Shown in pieces: positions 10,301 through 25,300 of a stretch of 51,133 nucleotides of DNA. The position numbers and the translations under genes are program-made. This stretch comes from Callorhinchus milii. Its lineage: Eukaryota. The first letter of the stretch is position 1; every line of letters begins with the position of its first letter. The stretch lies in the NCBI RefSeq assembly GCF_018977255.1, contig NW_024705370.1, positions 1 to 51,133 of the forward strand, given 5' to 3'. Below the pieces are notes generated by a model that was not told where the DNA came from, ran no database searches, and was given only the letters and a program-made list of their open reading frames with translations.

Positions 10301-13300
10301 TTAACATTAAAAGCATAACGTGCACAAAGAAAACAAACTAACCGGAAACGAGTGAACTAAGTAAATATCCAATAAATAACTAACATAACAGGTAGATAAG
10401 TACAGTTTTAGCACTGGTAGATTGTGAACTGCGCAGATAATAGCAGAACTACGGTAACTCCGTGCCTCGCCCCCACCTCCCCACCTCTCCCTCCCCCAGC
10501 TGCCCCACCCCACAACCCCCCACCTCTCCCTCCCCCAGCTCTCCCGTCGCCGGTAAACAAAGTGCAAGCACTTCAAAAATTGTACAAACAATTCATTTGA
10601 AACGTGATAACATGTGCAATTTTAGTGCGAGTGGTTTATTCAGCAGTGCTTTAGTCAAAGGAAAGTGTTGCATAGTGGATAGTCCTACCATGAAAAAATG
10701 TAAACGAGTTATGACATGTCACACGTGTAAAATATTTGTGGGATAGCCCGCACCTCCATATACCCCGCAGGGTCTTGTTTGTAAAAAGTGGTTTTCCCCC
10801 ACGGGTTATTTGCGGGAAAATACGGTATAGGCTGCTTTGCTGCTGAGTCTCCTGGCTCGTTGAATAAAAATAAATCGGTTTTATCGAGATATTTGTTAAG
10901 TCCAACTTATTTTACAGACCAATACCAAGCAGAAATTCTATAGACAAGCACCTTAAATGTAAATGGACAGACCTCCTAAGTGAATAAGCTGTCTGCAGAA
11001 GATCTTTTTTGTGTATGCAGACACTTTTAAGAGACTAATTTTAATTGGTTTAATGCTACACATTTAAAGTCGTACATTTGCACGTATAATTACTCCATTT
11101 CGAACTTTTAAGTGAATAAAAATGTAAACTAAGTTGTCTTAAACGCAAGTTGAATCTGGATGCTGCAATTGGAAGGTCGCACATGTTCTGATTCACGTAC
11201 ACCTTGAAAACAAAACCCTTTTACCTGCTTGTGCGCGTACAAAATTTTTGTACACAAAATCGTGATGTGGTTACTATAAGACGTTAGTTTGTGTAAATTT
11301 TCGTGTAGGCAAATCTTCAGTGTTCCTAATGGCACGTTTGTGTTTTTAGATGGCTCAACCGCCACCGCTCGCTTCACAACTCGGGGACGTTGAATCTGCG
11401 AGTGACCTTTTTGGCAGAGGTCGCCAGAAAGCCACCATGCCCTCTACCAGGAAGCCAGTCACAGGTACGGTTGCTGTTGCCGCTATAGTCATAAATGGCA
11501 GTTACGCCTTGTTTTGTTTTATTGCTACATTACATTACAGTTGCATACATTACAATAAAACACTATTTGTAATGTTGTTATTTATAGTATATTCGTTTAT
11601 AATGAAGATGTATTGTAATTTCATTTTGCAGAATAAGCTTTACCAACATACAAAAATAATATGAACATGTGATTAACTATAATGCCATCATCCTGATAAG
11701 ACTCAATGAGTCCTTAAAAATCCAAGATGTAAGAGGCATTGGTGTGTTTGGCCAATTCAGTTTTCAAGGAATATTTTGCATGTGGGAGAAAACCACCAAC
11801 ACTATAGAATAATGCTCAGAAGATTTGCATAGATGGTTTCGTGAAGCTTTTCCTTTATGTACCAAGTATGAGCGACTCGTTTGACAAAACAATTAATTGT
11901 TATTGACCACCATAGAGCCATTGAAACCGATAGGTGAAATATCTGCTCTGGGCTTATGGACTTACTGGAAATCTGAGAAAAAGAACATAGCTCATTGGGT
12001 TTCTCCAGTCTAACTAAAGATTGAGTTTCAGAGCTTTAGATTTGCAGGCCTTCACTGTTTCCCAATCTATTAAAGCAATTTCAATAAATCGAGTATAAAC
12101 GACCTTGTCACCATGAAAGGCTAGAACTCGGAAGCTAAGCAGATTGCATCCTGTTTAGTGATTGGCTTGGATACTGTAGGAATAACACATTCCTGCGGAG
12201 GGAGCTGGTAGGAACGTTGGGTTGCTCGGTCAATGGCCTGCAGGGTCAACGGCGGCGTGGTGTATTCCGCAAATATGCCCGACTGTGAGGGCGGGCACAA
12301 GCCGGCGTGAGTTTTATAAGGGCACCACGGGGTGACCAGCCCCTCCCCACCCAAGCCCCACCCCTCCCTCCCCCACCCAGCCCCTCCCCACCCTCCCCTC
12401 CCCACTCAGCCCCTCCCACTCAGCCCCACCCTCCCCACCCAGCCACTCCCCACCCTCCCCTCCCCACCCAGCCCCTCCCTGAACGACGGACGGACACAAT
12501 AATCCCTTGTGGGCTGGTGTAACCAGGAGGTTCGTATCAGTATCTGGTGTTGTAGGCTGGGCCTGCAAGGTGGTTAGGAGAGGGTAGTACAGATTGATAT
12601 TTTAATCTGCAGAGTTTTTGAGTATTATTCTCTCGTGTGCATTTGGATTTTTACATCACTCCAGTTTACTCGTGCCGAAAACTCGTTTATGAACTTTGAA
12701 AACCTGAATGTAGCATTGTACAAAAGAAATCTTGAGGCTCAGTGAGGCTTTGCTAGCTTTATAATGTGTATGCGATAATATATTTTTGGTAAATATACGA
12801 ATGCGAAACATGTTATTTATACATTGCTTGGGGTAAAATGTATCTCAATTACTAAGCTTACCTATTTTCTTTCTTTTGATTAACATGGAGCCTGATTCTG
12901 GATTATCTTCAGGTATGTTTTTTTTACGTTTTGTTCCATTAATCATTTTAATCTTTCAGCAAATTATTTTGGCCAATACAAAACTTTGTATTTTTATATT
13001 GCATGCTTTTAAATTTCAAGATTTAGCTTTAAAACTGTTGCCAAGTGATGTCATAGTTTTCAAATACCGTACGAAAATATTACCAAAAAAATTGCAGATG
13101 TGAAGGAGTTGCTGTTCAGTGAGGGCTAACAATTATTTATCGTACAGATGTACAGTTTTAATGTGTAACAGTACTTTTGTCTCTTTCCCATCCTATAGAT
13201 GTATCTTTAGTGTCAGCAGGCATGGAGGGGCTGATGGTAGTGGATCGCGGGGGCCGCCGTCGTGGCCAGATGCAGACAATGGATGTCGGCTTGATGACTC

Positions 13301-16300
13301 GCCAGACAATGGAACATGTCCGTCAGTCTAAGACTGGTGAGCGTTCATCATCATCATCACCACGATTGATGGGGAGATAGCCGTAGGTATCCACTGCACA
13401 TTTCGTCATTTCCGCTTTCCTCTGTCTTGTGCCAATATGCTCAGGTAGTGCTGCAACAACTTTCTGGCACCAATCTTATGTCGTCGTCAAGACATTCTCC
13501 TTTAGGTCTTCGTCTCTTTCCGGTTCTTCCATTTTGCCACACACACACTTTGAGCGTTCACACAGGCACAATTATTGGTCACTAGTGGGCAGCCCGATCT
13601 GCGGACAGAGTGACATGATAACACGTGCCACCAGATCCTCGTAAGATTACTTACCTGACAGTACTCACCAGTGATCAACTTGCATGACTTGCCACTCGAG
13701 TTAATACAAATCGATTGATGCAATGGCTCCCTCCGCCCCCATCCTCACCCCTCCACAATGGCACATGCCTCTATCCAATATATGATTTTTTATTGGGCCT
13801 GTAGGGTTCTTTCAATTGGTGGATCGGATAAGCAGTATTGGGTTCGATAACATTAATTATGAGGTGAAGTGTTAATTTCCTTTGAGTAAATTTGATCTCG
13901 TTTGCATAAACCAAACATAACATTATGCCACCACCACTGAAATTGGTCGAATGACCTTGGAGTTTTCCAGAAAAAAATACATGTTGGTAATTGATCAATA
14001 TGTTGTTGGCTATGTTATTAATCATAGCGATACAATTGTACGTTCTTAAATATACAAAAAAACAATGATGTATACGATTAAGCTAAATTATTTTTACACG
14101 TTAATTTCCCCTGCATTCCATTTGGAATGTGGGTTCCAGGCTTGTCGGGTCAGCCGGTCAAACTACTGACTAACTACTTCAAGTTGTTGTCACGGAAGAC
14201 GTGGATGGTATATCAGTACCACGTGACATTCAGCCCAGAGCTGGAATCCAAACGACTGAGGATTGCGCTGTTGCATGAACATAATGAGCTGCTCGGTGAA
14301 ACGCGAGCCTTTGATGGCTGCATTCTCTACTTGCCCAAGAAACTCGAGAAGGTAAATTCTGCGGTCAATTTAACCCTTCTTCTGCAAGTTGTAAGGTGGG
14401 TCCCATTCGCCTTTTGAGTCTGGGAAAGCGCTCGTGGCTCTGAATGAATTTTATGTAGGGAGGCATAGCGGCGTTGTTTTTAAAGACATTGTACTCATTG
14501 CAGAGAATCTTAGCGACACAACCGCATTCTATGATAGCTGGTGCCAAACTGTGCCATATGCCCTTCTGCATGTGCATGGTTTTCTCCAGGTCCTCTCGCA
14601 TACCAAACATTTGTTCTTGCAATTACTAAAAAATTATTGGCCAGGCATTCTAGTGGAGGACCAGTCTGAAAATATCTGGAGACTTAATCAGACAGAGCAT
14701 TGTTTTATTTCAACACGTTCTCTTCAGATGCTCAATTATTGATACATTTATTTTGATGGACAATTTGTAATCAATCTGTATAAGTGGAGACTTTTGAGTC
14801 GAATTTTTACAACATGAACATGTACTGAGTTGCAATTTTGACACCCCACATAAAATTATAGTGACACATTTGTGATGTTGTCCATGCATATATTCAGGTG
14901 AGTGAGGTATGGAGCCAAACAAGACAGGAACAGAAGATAAAGATCACCATCACTTTGACCAACGAACTCCCACCATCATCACCGACTGCCATTGTGCTGT
15001 TTAACATCATCTTTCGCAAGTAAATAACGTAGCTCTGGTCTCTAGCTGGAACATTTACAAACTGCATTTTTTTCCCTTAAACACAGACCTACATGCCTTA
15101 ATTGTTTAATGAAACGGTTCAACCTTGTGACCAATGAATTAAACTTTTGCCCTTTGATGGACAAACAAATACGCGATTTAAAGCTTTCGTGACTGCAGGG
15201 ATTCATTTTCTTGGTTCTTTCGGTAAAGTCACGTAGAAGGAAAATAATAAAAATAAAACATTATAAAATAATTCTCACGATGTTTCGGCTACAACGCAAG
15301 CAGCCGTCCTCAGGTGAAGAATGAAACACCACCAAGCTTGGAGCGTATATTTAAGCTGGGTTGGAGTGGGAAGAAGAGCACCTTGACAAAAGGATTTGCA
15401 TATCAAGAGGGATTTAGCATATTTATGGGAAATGCGTAGGAGGTGAGCGGGGGGTTTCAAAGTCATTATGCCCAAGCTTGGTGGTGTTTCATTCTTCACC
15501 TGAGGACGGCTGCTTGCGTTGTAGCTGAAACGTCGTGAGAATTATTTTATTATGTTTTATTTTTATTATTTTCCTTCTACGTGACTTTACCGAAAGAACC
15601 ACAAAGATAAACAAATACTCTTTTAAAATGCAAATTAGATGTACCTTTCCAGATTGACCCGAAAATGTATGTCACACAAACACCCCCACCAGCAGTCGCA
15701 AATGGCAGCAATGCCCTGCACTCACTGGTTCCTGCCACACTTGGCCAGTAATTTTCCACGTCTAACGTTTATCTTAACATGTAAACTCACAATCGCTGCA
15801 CAAGTAGTCCTCACTGCAGCTGCATCGTCTGTCTTGCTGTGAGCTTATAAATACCTGTAATTTAAGGAAAGGAAATGGTACCTTTTAGTATTCAAGAGAC
15901 GGATTTTTCAGCCTAATTAAATCTTTGTGGGCCAACAGTTTGCCTTTAACATGCCACTGGAAGGGGACATAAGATGTGATTATTATTTATCTGCTAGCCT
16001 TTTGCCCGTCCAAGGACGGATGCATATTGGATTAAATGTGAAATATTCAATAGAAAAATTGTTCAACTCATGATTATTAATGAGGGGGGGGGGGGTTGCC
16101 CCTTGGGGAGTGACATAACCCACTAATGGTTATTGGGGAGGGTTGCTACATGTGGAGTGACGTCGCCTGCTCATGATTATTAATGAGGGGAGGGGTGTGG
16201 CATGTGGAGTGTGCGACCTTGTGCATTAGTGTAAATTTCCACGCGGGCATGAATAATAATAAGGGGGGGGGGGCTCTTTTGCAGTGATGCTACGTACGGA

Positions 16301-19300
16301 TGTAGCACTGCTGCGTAGATGTATTTTTTTGCCGTCACTTTCTGTAAAAAAACGTCATTTGAAGCGACTTTGCATAATACATTAATTTAGCTCGACCTGC
16401 GTTAGTGTAAAAATCCACCCACTCATGAATATGAATTAGGGTGGTGGGCCTCGTGGAGTGACGTCACGCATGGGACACATTCTTGGCTCAGTATATAAGA
16501 CGTAACTTAGTTTTTGCTTTGGTGTTATGTCACAGGGAATACTTGGTACATTATAATTTCAATAAAAATGCAAATTATTTCGTGGATAAATGTCATGGGA
16601 CATTTAAATTTCAAAATAAATGGCAGTTGATGTAAAAGGAAGTCAAACAAGCTCCCATTTTTTTGAAGGGTGCTGAAGATGGCCAACATGCAACAGATTG
16701 GACGCAACTACTACAATCCAGATGATGCATTCACCATTCCACAGCACAGGTACATTAATCCCATCACTCCTTACTCTATATAGCCAAACCCAATGATGGT
16801 GGCACAATGCTTAATGTCTTAAGCCTTTGTGTGGCTGTAGCCAATCATAAAAAATGCTAGTTTTCTGCTTGTCTGCAGAGAAAGATTAAAATTAGTGGAT
16901 CCTTGTGCCAGATTGTAAAATCTGCAGTCTTAAGTCTGTTCCAACAGTAGAGAAATGTCAATAATGAGCATTACAATCTCTTTGCTGTAGTCGAAATGTG
17001 TAATGCTTGGTCCAGTCAAACTTTAACCCATTGCGGGTTTCCTCATCGTGGATTTGACCACACAATGTGTTAAGGAATAGTTTTGTCAATAGCACCCCTT
17101 TGGTTTGACTATCCACGGTTGACTGCAAGATTCTTATCTGCACCGTAAACAAGTACTGTACTCGAACTGCACTGCTCACGATGATGCTGCCTCGGAAGAA
17201 TACACATGCCTTCTTGTCTCCCACAGTAAGTAGAAATCTGTTTTTGTTACTTGTTTACTGTGCATGTCATTATCTTTATTTTTACCTTTACATGTACAGC
17301 ACTGTACACATGTTTATCCCATTCTTTAAATTTACTGTCAAAGTTATATTTAACACTAGAAAATATTAATCATAGCTTACATTAAACGATACATCCTGTT
17401 TAATGTTTGGGTTAAGGTAGGGTAACATAAGAAAACATAAGGAGGGTTAGGTTGTCATATTACAAGCTGTGAACGAAACCAACATTTTCCCATACGTTTA
17501 CAGTTTGCGGATCGCGGATATGCCGATTGCGGCTATTTTCGAGGAGAACGTAACCCCCACGATGGGAAAAGTTTGGGTGTAAAAATGCGGGCATGCCCCA
17601 CTTGTCAAAATAACGCAGTAGTAGCCAGACCTTATATTCATTGTGATTAATTTTTTCATGTTGACATTTTTTTTTACTTGTGTCCTGCGTTTCTCCTAGG
17701 TTACATGTCTGGCCTGGTTTTGTCACCTCCATCATGTGCTACGAGTCCGATGTGATGCTCTGCGCAGACGTCAGCCACAAGATCCTCCGGAATGAGTCCG
17801 TTCTGGATTTCATGTACACCTTGTATGAGCAAATTGGAGAGCGAAATTTTCATGATGCTTGCCAAAAGGAGCTTGTTGGCCAAGTGATACTCACAAGGTA
17901 AGGTCTTATTGCTGCAAAATGTGAGCTTCCTGTTTGTAATTTGCAATACATAAGAGCATAATTTCTTGTACAAGCCATTGCCATTCTACTGCTGGATTAA
18001 GACTTCTCCAACCCGAGCCAGTCCATGGGGGTTAGTTTGCCCATATTTCAAACACACTGGTCAGTGTGGTGTATTGAAGCTATTTAGCATACACGTGGGA
18101 GCCTTGAAAGTATAGTACAAATTTTGATTTTTATGCAGTGCCCTCTGTTGCCTATGTAACTCCAGATTTTGTGTCTGGTGATCGTCCAATAACTTTCCAT
18201 AATCTACCCTGCTTAGTTTATGAGATATGATGAGATATAGGTGCCTTCTGGGCAGTTTATTGTTTTGAATATTATTTAGAAAATGCTTTTTAAATTCAAG
18301 GCAATGGTTTTGATAAGTTAGTATAAGATTATGAAATGGTGTTGCTTGTGTCTACATAGGTCGGAATAAGAATACTATTTTGCTTAGGAGTTGGTAATTG
18401 TACCCAATGTGGCACCTTGATGAATTTCAATAACGTGAATTGTTATATTGCAGGTACAACAATCGGACTTACAGAATTGACGACATCTCTTGGAATAGAA
18501 ATCCAAACATGACCTTCATGAAGTCGGATGGCACAGAGATAACCTACCATGAATACTACACAAAGGTAATGTCTTCCTTTTTTAATTAAACATATACTTT
18601 ATATTCGATGCCATGTAATACTGGAATAACTTCTGGATGGAACTTTATAGTGCTATCATCTGGGATTGCTGAAATGAGTACCAGTTTGTTTGAAAGTCAG
18701 TATCAGTAATTCTATGCAGAGAGACTAGCTGCCCCACAATGGGAATGAAGAATTTTCAGCACAAGCTTATGGGCCACCAATGAATATATACAAACATTGC
18801 TGCCATTGCTCATTAAGAGTTGTGATAAATCATTTGATCATTTATACTGGTAGGAACCTCCTGCTTACACCAGCCCACAGGGGATTATTGTGTCCGTCGT
18901 GCTGGGTGGGGAGGGGCTGGTCACCCCGTGGTGCCCTTATAAAACTCAACGTTTAACCTACTCACGCCGGCTTGTGCCCGCCCTCAGTCGGGCATATATG
19001 CGGAATACACCACGCCGCCGTTGACCCTGCAGGCCATTGACCGAGCAACCCAACGTTCCTACCAGCTCCCTCCACAGGAATGTGTTATCCGGCTTCCAAC
19101 ATCTGGTGGTCCGATCCAGCGAAACTGGCAAAACCACTCCAAAGGCTGTGACCCAGTCCGGCAATCGGCACCGTGCGCGTGACAAAAAAAGTAGCTTTTC
19201 TTGATTTCAGTTTTAAATATATACAGTACATTACACACTACATACAACTTAAACAATGAAAATACTGCACGTATATGCAGAATCTTAGAGACTGGAGTGG

Positions 19301-22300
19301 TAAGTATGGTACAGTAAATACGTTGCCTTTGAAAGAAGTAGGATATTTTGTCTGTTTATTTATGCCAATTTAATATAGCAAACAAATTTAAAACAAAAAA
19401 GATAACACCTACAAACATGATGTCAAGAATTTGCAAAAATTTGCTATTTTAAATAATGATGTGATTTATCCGATTGGCGCCTGAAGCCGCCGGGTAATCA
19501 ATGACCTGCTGTAGTTGTGTAAATCTTGTCTCTTAATTACCAAAGCAATACAGCCTGGAAGTGAAGGACATGCAGCAGCCACTGCTGATCAGCCGCCCAA
19601 AGCGCAAGGACTCGGTGGGGAACAAGGTGGAGATAGAGCTGCACCTGCTGCCTGAGATCAGCTATTTAACAGGTGGAGGTGTTGTTGTGTTGAAGGATTT
19701 CCTCCATCTGCCACCAGCGAATAGATATAAACTTTATGGGAAAAACCCACAGTGTAATTGGAAAAATCGCTCTGGTGCTGGTGTGTGAGGATGACTTTGT
19801 AGACAGGTTTCTAGATCATGCTACCCTTGACTCGTTTTTTACTTGCTGTTAAATTTACGTACCAAAAATTGCATTTCATTGTTTTTAGCACAACTGGGGG
19901 AGGGTGGTGTGCATTATGTTGTACTGACGCAACAGGAAGGTGTGCGCAGCTTAGGAAACACTTAGTTTACAAGGCACGTATTTTCAAAGTTCACTGCAAG
20001 TGTACGTTGGTGATATTCCTGTTTGTACTCCGTTTTTTCGGCGAGTATTTTTTATGTTTGCACCCAATGAGCATGTGTCTTCACGTGAAGGGAGCCTTTA
20101 AAGTCTGGCATTGTTACTGGGTAATTGATGGAGTGTTGCTCAATTAGGTTTTGAGATAATTTCGTTTCAAATTTGAGTTCAGCAAGAACGGTGTTTGTTC
20201 CAGGTTTGAGCGACAAAATGCGTTCAGATTTTCATCTCATGAAGGACCTTGGCTTGCAAACACAAGTTTGCCCAGACAAGAGGGCAATGACCACGCAGAA
20301 ATTCATTGAAAAACTCCAATCGTAAGTTCTGCACTGCAACGTAAATGTGAAATGAGGGAGAAAAATGCATCTCCATACTGTTTTTATGGTTACTACCATT
20401 TTATTGGCAGCTAAATTTAATATTCTAATGAGTTGAGGATAAACTGGGCAATAAAGACCAATGGCAATTTCTGATGCTGGTTAACGTTACACAATGATTA
20501 ATAAGTGTGTTTTTTTTGTATGTAAAAATGTTAATTTACTGTTGCCTTATTAAACGTTTAAAAGTGCAGTTTGCTGGTCTCATTGGACATGTTGCTTGTG
20601 CTGTCATAAAGTAGGTGCTACTTAACGATGCGCCTTAAGGACATACAGTACAACCTTGGATTGCGAGTAACTTGGTCTACGAGTGTTTTGCAATACGAGC
20701 AATTTTTTAAAATAAATATTAATTTGACAAACGAGCGAGGTCTTGCAATACGAGTAGTACGTGTATACGCTTTGTCTGCCGAGCGTCACGTGATCACAAC
20801 TGATATACGAGTTCTTTGGATTACAAACACGTTTCCGGAACGAATTATGCTCGCAATCCAAGGTTTTATTGTACTACCCTTTTGACCAATACACCACTCG
20901 ATGAAGGCCTTGCCATTGTGTTTTGATTTTTTACTTCATGCTGAACAGTCTGGGTTGGTGAAGACTGGTAGCATAGAGATATGGTTCAAGTGGATTATTC
21001 TCTTCTGCTGCATGACTGGTCAGTACCAGTTGGGGAAGTATGCACCAAGTGCCAGGACAGATATCATACTTCTTTGATTGTTAGCCATGGTCAGAAATCG
21101 AACACTGGTTGGGGTTCATAGGAAACAGTGGTGAGCGGTTAACGTACTGCATTATCAACTCGTGCTCACAAGTGTTAATTACCTTCCATGGCTGGCATCC
21201 GTGGAAAATGATAATTAAATTGGTCCAGGACCTTCAGCTGGAGAATACTCTCCTGAATAGTGTGGTGAAGCGTGGTCAGACGACCTCCATAATCGAGAAG
21301 TGTAGGGATGGCCTTCATCACTTTGTTGACAAAGTTTCTGCACAGAATTCAAACTGCGTGCATTAAATCATTTCGGAATTGTGTGGTTCTGCTGCATGCA
21401 GGAATCCGGAGACTTGTAATGAGTTTGCAAAGTGGGGCCTGTCATTCGATCGGCAACTGCTGAGCTTGACTGGTCGCGTGGTGACTTGTGAGAAGCTTTA
21501 TCAGAAAGATCAATCGGTAAATGTCCACGTTTCATTTTAATTGTGTTTAGAAAATGTATACTGGATGCAATCATTCAGATAGTGATCGGAGTACATGGTA
21601 CCGAGATTGTTTATTGATTTGTGTATTTTTTTGTGGTTAGTACCAGTATAACCAAAGACAGGCAGACTGGTCGCGGGAGTCTCGGAACATGAAGCTGATG
21701 ACGCCCATCTCGTTGGAAGAATGGATGTTGCTTTTCACGCGGAACAACAGCAATGAAGCTCGTGCCATTGTACAGAACCTGATGCAAGTCGGCCCACCCA
21801 TGGGCATGCACATCAACAAGCCAGAAATGTGAGTGTCCGGATGATGGAACAGATTATGTTTGGAAATATTAAATTCCAAAAAATGTTACCCATTTAGCAT
21901 ACCACTTCAGTGACCAGATTTACAAAGCTGCTGGAGTTGTATGTATCTAAAACCTCTCGTTCTCTGGCTACAGGTTTTTTTGTGTTTTTCTCACTTGCCA
22001 TGTGCTTGGAATAAGCGAAGTGTTTTTTTTCGTCTTGAAGGTTTGAAGTTCAGGATCGCGCACAGTCATTTGTGCAAACCTTGCAGCAGAATTTGAACCA
22101 TCACACCCAGATTGTAAGTGGGGTCCTCATTTTAGTCCCAAGTTTAATATTGGTTTTGTGGTGCATTGTTAAGAGGACAATCTTTGGAACTAATTTTTTT
22201 TTTATTCTGCTATTCAATTGAAATGTGTTTATTAGTATTTTGGAGCGGGGTGGGGAGTGATGCAAAATAACACTCTTAAGTTTGTACGTGTGGTTAATAG

Positions 22301-25300
22301 TCCAGTATTTGTATTAACTAACAGCCGGCCCTTGGTTTTGGATGGGTGATGGCTTGTCCCTCCCGGCAGCCAGTGAGCAAAACTTTGTTTAATGTATATG
22401 ATAGAATGATGGCATATCCTGTGCTGTTGTGCGGGATACACTGCCAGAGTGGTGGGTGGGGGTGGCATGGCATCAGCATGCACTAATCCAGCCCAACGTT
22501 CTGAGATGCGGCGATGGCATCATCACGATTCTGCACTTTGCCTTGGCAGGCAGGAATCTGGGTAGGAATCCAGGCAGAAAACTTTTCTAGCATAGTATAA
22601 AGTGCGAGAATATGATGTGTGCTTTTGTTTCTAATGTGGAATGTGATCAGGTTATGTGCGTACTGCCATCGGTCCACAAGGGAAAGTATGATTCGATCAA
22701 GCAGTTCCTGTGTGTGGAACGACCGTTCCCCAGTCAATGTGTTCTCGCCCGGACACTCAGCAAGCCACAAATGATAAGGAGCGTTGCGACAAAGATCGCA
22801 TTGCAGATGAACTGCAAGCTTGGTGGAGAGCTGTGGGGCGTTGAGATTCCCGTAAGTAGACTGCATGATGTTGGGTTCTTTGTGTTTCAACAATTGTTGC
22901 TTACCTGATGAGGCTTCACACGTACTGCTATATGGAAATAAGTTGCTGACGTGTGTGAGCGCCAATGTCGACATAGCCTATGGCTAATGAAGAGCTTCTA
23001 TTAGCGAATCAGTTGTGATTTAGTAATCCAGTTGTGTTGTCTGAGAGTTGGTGAATGTTAAGATTTGGTCAGCATAGTGTCTTGAAGTAATGGGTTTTAA
23101 ACATTTGTGGCAAGATGCTGACAGAACTCAAATATTGTGACCTAAATTGGTACACAATTACACATCTGAACTTGTGTCTGCATGGACTGTTTTATGCCTC
23201 CCAGGTGGGTTTGTGAACCTGGCTTGTGTTTCAGTGATCCTGTTGTGCAAGCAGTTTCTTAGCTTTATACCAAACACATTTCTCTTTGGATGTGCTTTTG
23301 GTCTCTTTTTGTGGCATACAGATTAAGCAGTTGATGGTGGTTGGAGTGGACTCGTGCCATGATTCTGTTACACGTGGGCAGTCTGTCTGTGGCTTTGTAG
23401 CAAGTCTCAACCAAACTATTACCAGGTTTGTAATGACCAATAAAAACTTCTAACCGGCCTTTTTGAGACCCATGCTCATTCCTATATTAATTGAATATAA
23501 CCCAGGGTGATGTGAGTATTGTTATGATAATTTTAAATATAATGCCTCTTGAAATGTAGCTCCGATATGATTGACTTAAATTACTCGCTGTGTGATTGAT
23601 TTGCATTTTCTCAGCTTATCACTGTTGTAAATTGTCTGTCCATACAGATGGTACTCGCGTTGCATTTTCCAGCATGCTGCTCAGGAAATGATTGATGGAC
23701 TCAAAGTTTGCATGCAATGTAAGCACTTTATTTCTCTCCAGATGATTGCAAGCCATTATGATGATGTAATGATTTAAATACTTAAGTTTTGTTGTAGTTG
23801 CATATGGTATTTTCTCTAATTCGAGGTCAGCTTTTGTCTACTACTGATGGGGCAGGTGTGACTCGTTACCGTTTTTCACCAAATTGATCAATAAAATGTA
23901 CGATTAATCCAAACACTCAAGTCATCGTCGACCATGATGAATCTACTGGTGGATGAAGGCATCCTCAAGTAGTTGCTATTTCTCGGCTCTTGCAACGCAA
24001 CAAATCACATGTTATTCTTGGTTCTTTCGGTAAAGTCACGTAGAAGAGAAAAAATTATATAATAAAAAATATAAAAAAATACTGTTTTATATTTTTATTA
24101 TTTTATTTTTTCCCTTCTACGTGACTTTACCGAAAGAACCAAGTCACGAAAGCTTTAAATAAAAAAAATCACATGTTGCTTGTATACATATGCTTTGTGC
24201 GCTTTTTGGCGTTAATATTTTTGCGCCCTTTTTGGCGTTCATATTTTCGTTATCAATGTCCGTGCGTCATAGCAGGCAACATTCTTCTTTGGGCACATAA
24301 GGTAGTCATCAAAAGCTGATTGGGATAAAAAATTATGAACTAAGAGGCACAATTGGGCAAGTTGAAGTGCTTTTACAAAACTGAAGTTAATGTTGCCTAT
24401 AAAGTTATTTTTGTCTTTCTTCAGCGGCAGTCAAACGGTGGCAGCAGATCAATCGCACTCTGCCAATGCGCATCGTGTTATACCGTGACGGTGTGGGGGA
24501 CGGACAGCTGAGTGTGGTAGTCAACCATGAGGTTCCCCAGCTACTCGACTGCCTCAAGAGCCTCGGCACTGACTACACGTATGTCCCACTCGTCTCGTCA
24601 TTCTTTGTGTTGAGACAATTCCTCTGTTCATAATCAACGTTTTTGGGTTGGATCGCGTTATTTATAAATGTGTCGTAACCCTCCACCACCCGACACGGCC
24701 AATCAGCAAAAAAGTGTCACCTTGACAAAAGACAAATAGTTCACTGCTTTAGCCCACCGGTGTGTTGAAGCGTGAAACCACAACATTTACAATTTGAGTA
24801 GCGCGACGTTTCGCTGGTAATTGCATCCAGCATCATCGGGCAATTCGCCAAAAGCAGAGCCTCACCAGATATGGGATTAGTCACTACTTGTGGAATGTGT
24901 AGGTATGCTAAATTCATCTGTTTATATGTAAATTCCTTTGTCAAGGCGCTCTCCCCTAACCCAGCTTAAATATACGCTGCCAAGCTTGGTGGTGTTCATT
25001 CGGACGCTGTCTTTCCGACAGCCCTGTTCTTCACCTGAGGACGGCTGCTTGCGTTGTGGCCGAAACGTCGTGAGAATTTTATTTTATTATGTTTTATTTT
25101 TATTATTTTATTTTATCTCCCTTCTACGTGACTTTACCGAAAGAACCAAGAAGATGTGTGCAGATGTTTAAACACGATGGCATGTGACAACGAGGTCTGC
25201 CAGGACACTCCTATTTTTTTATTGAGACCCACTGTAAAATATGGTCGAAGCGCCCTAACGTATAGTTCCGAATGTATATTATTTAAAATCTCCTTATTTT

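Noticed and set aside
22900..22925. CTGATGAGGC hammerhead-like start
   Set aside because: No closing stem II or GAAA downstream
22483..22974. 163-aa minus-strand ORF
   Set aside because: Antisense shadow of piwil1 exon 14; no independent evidence
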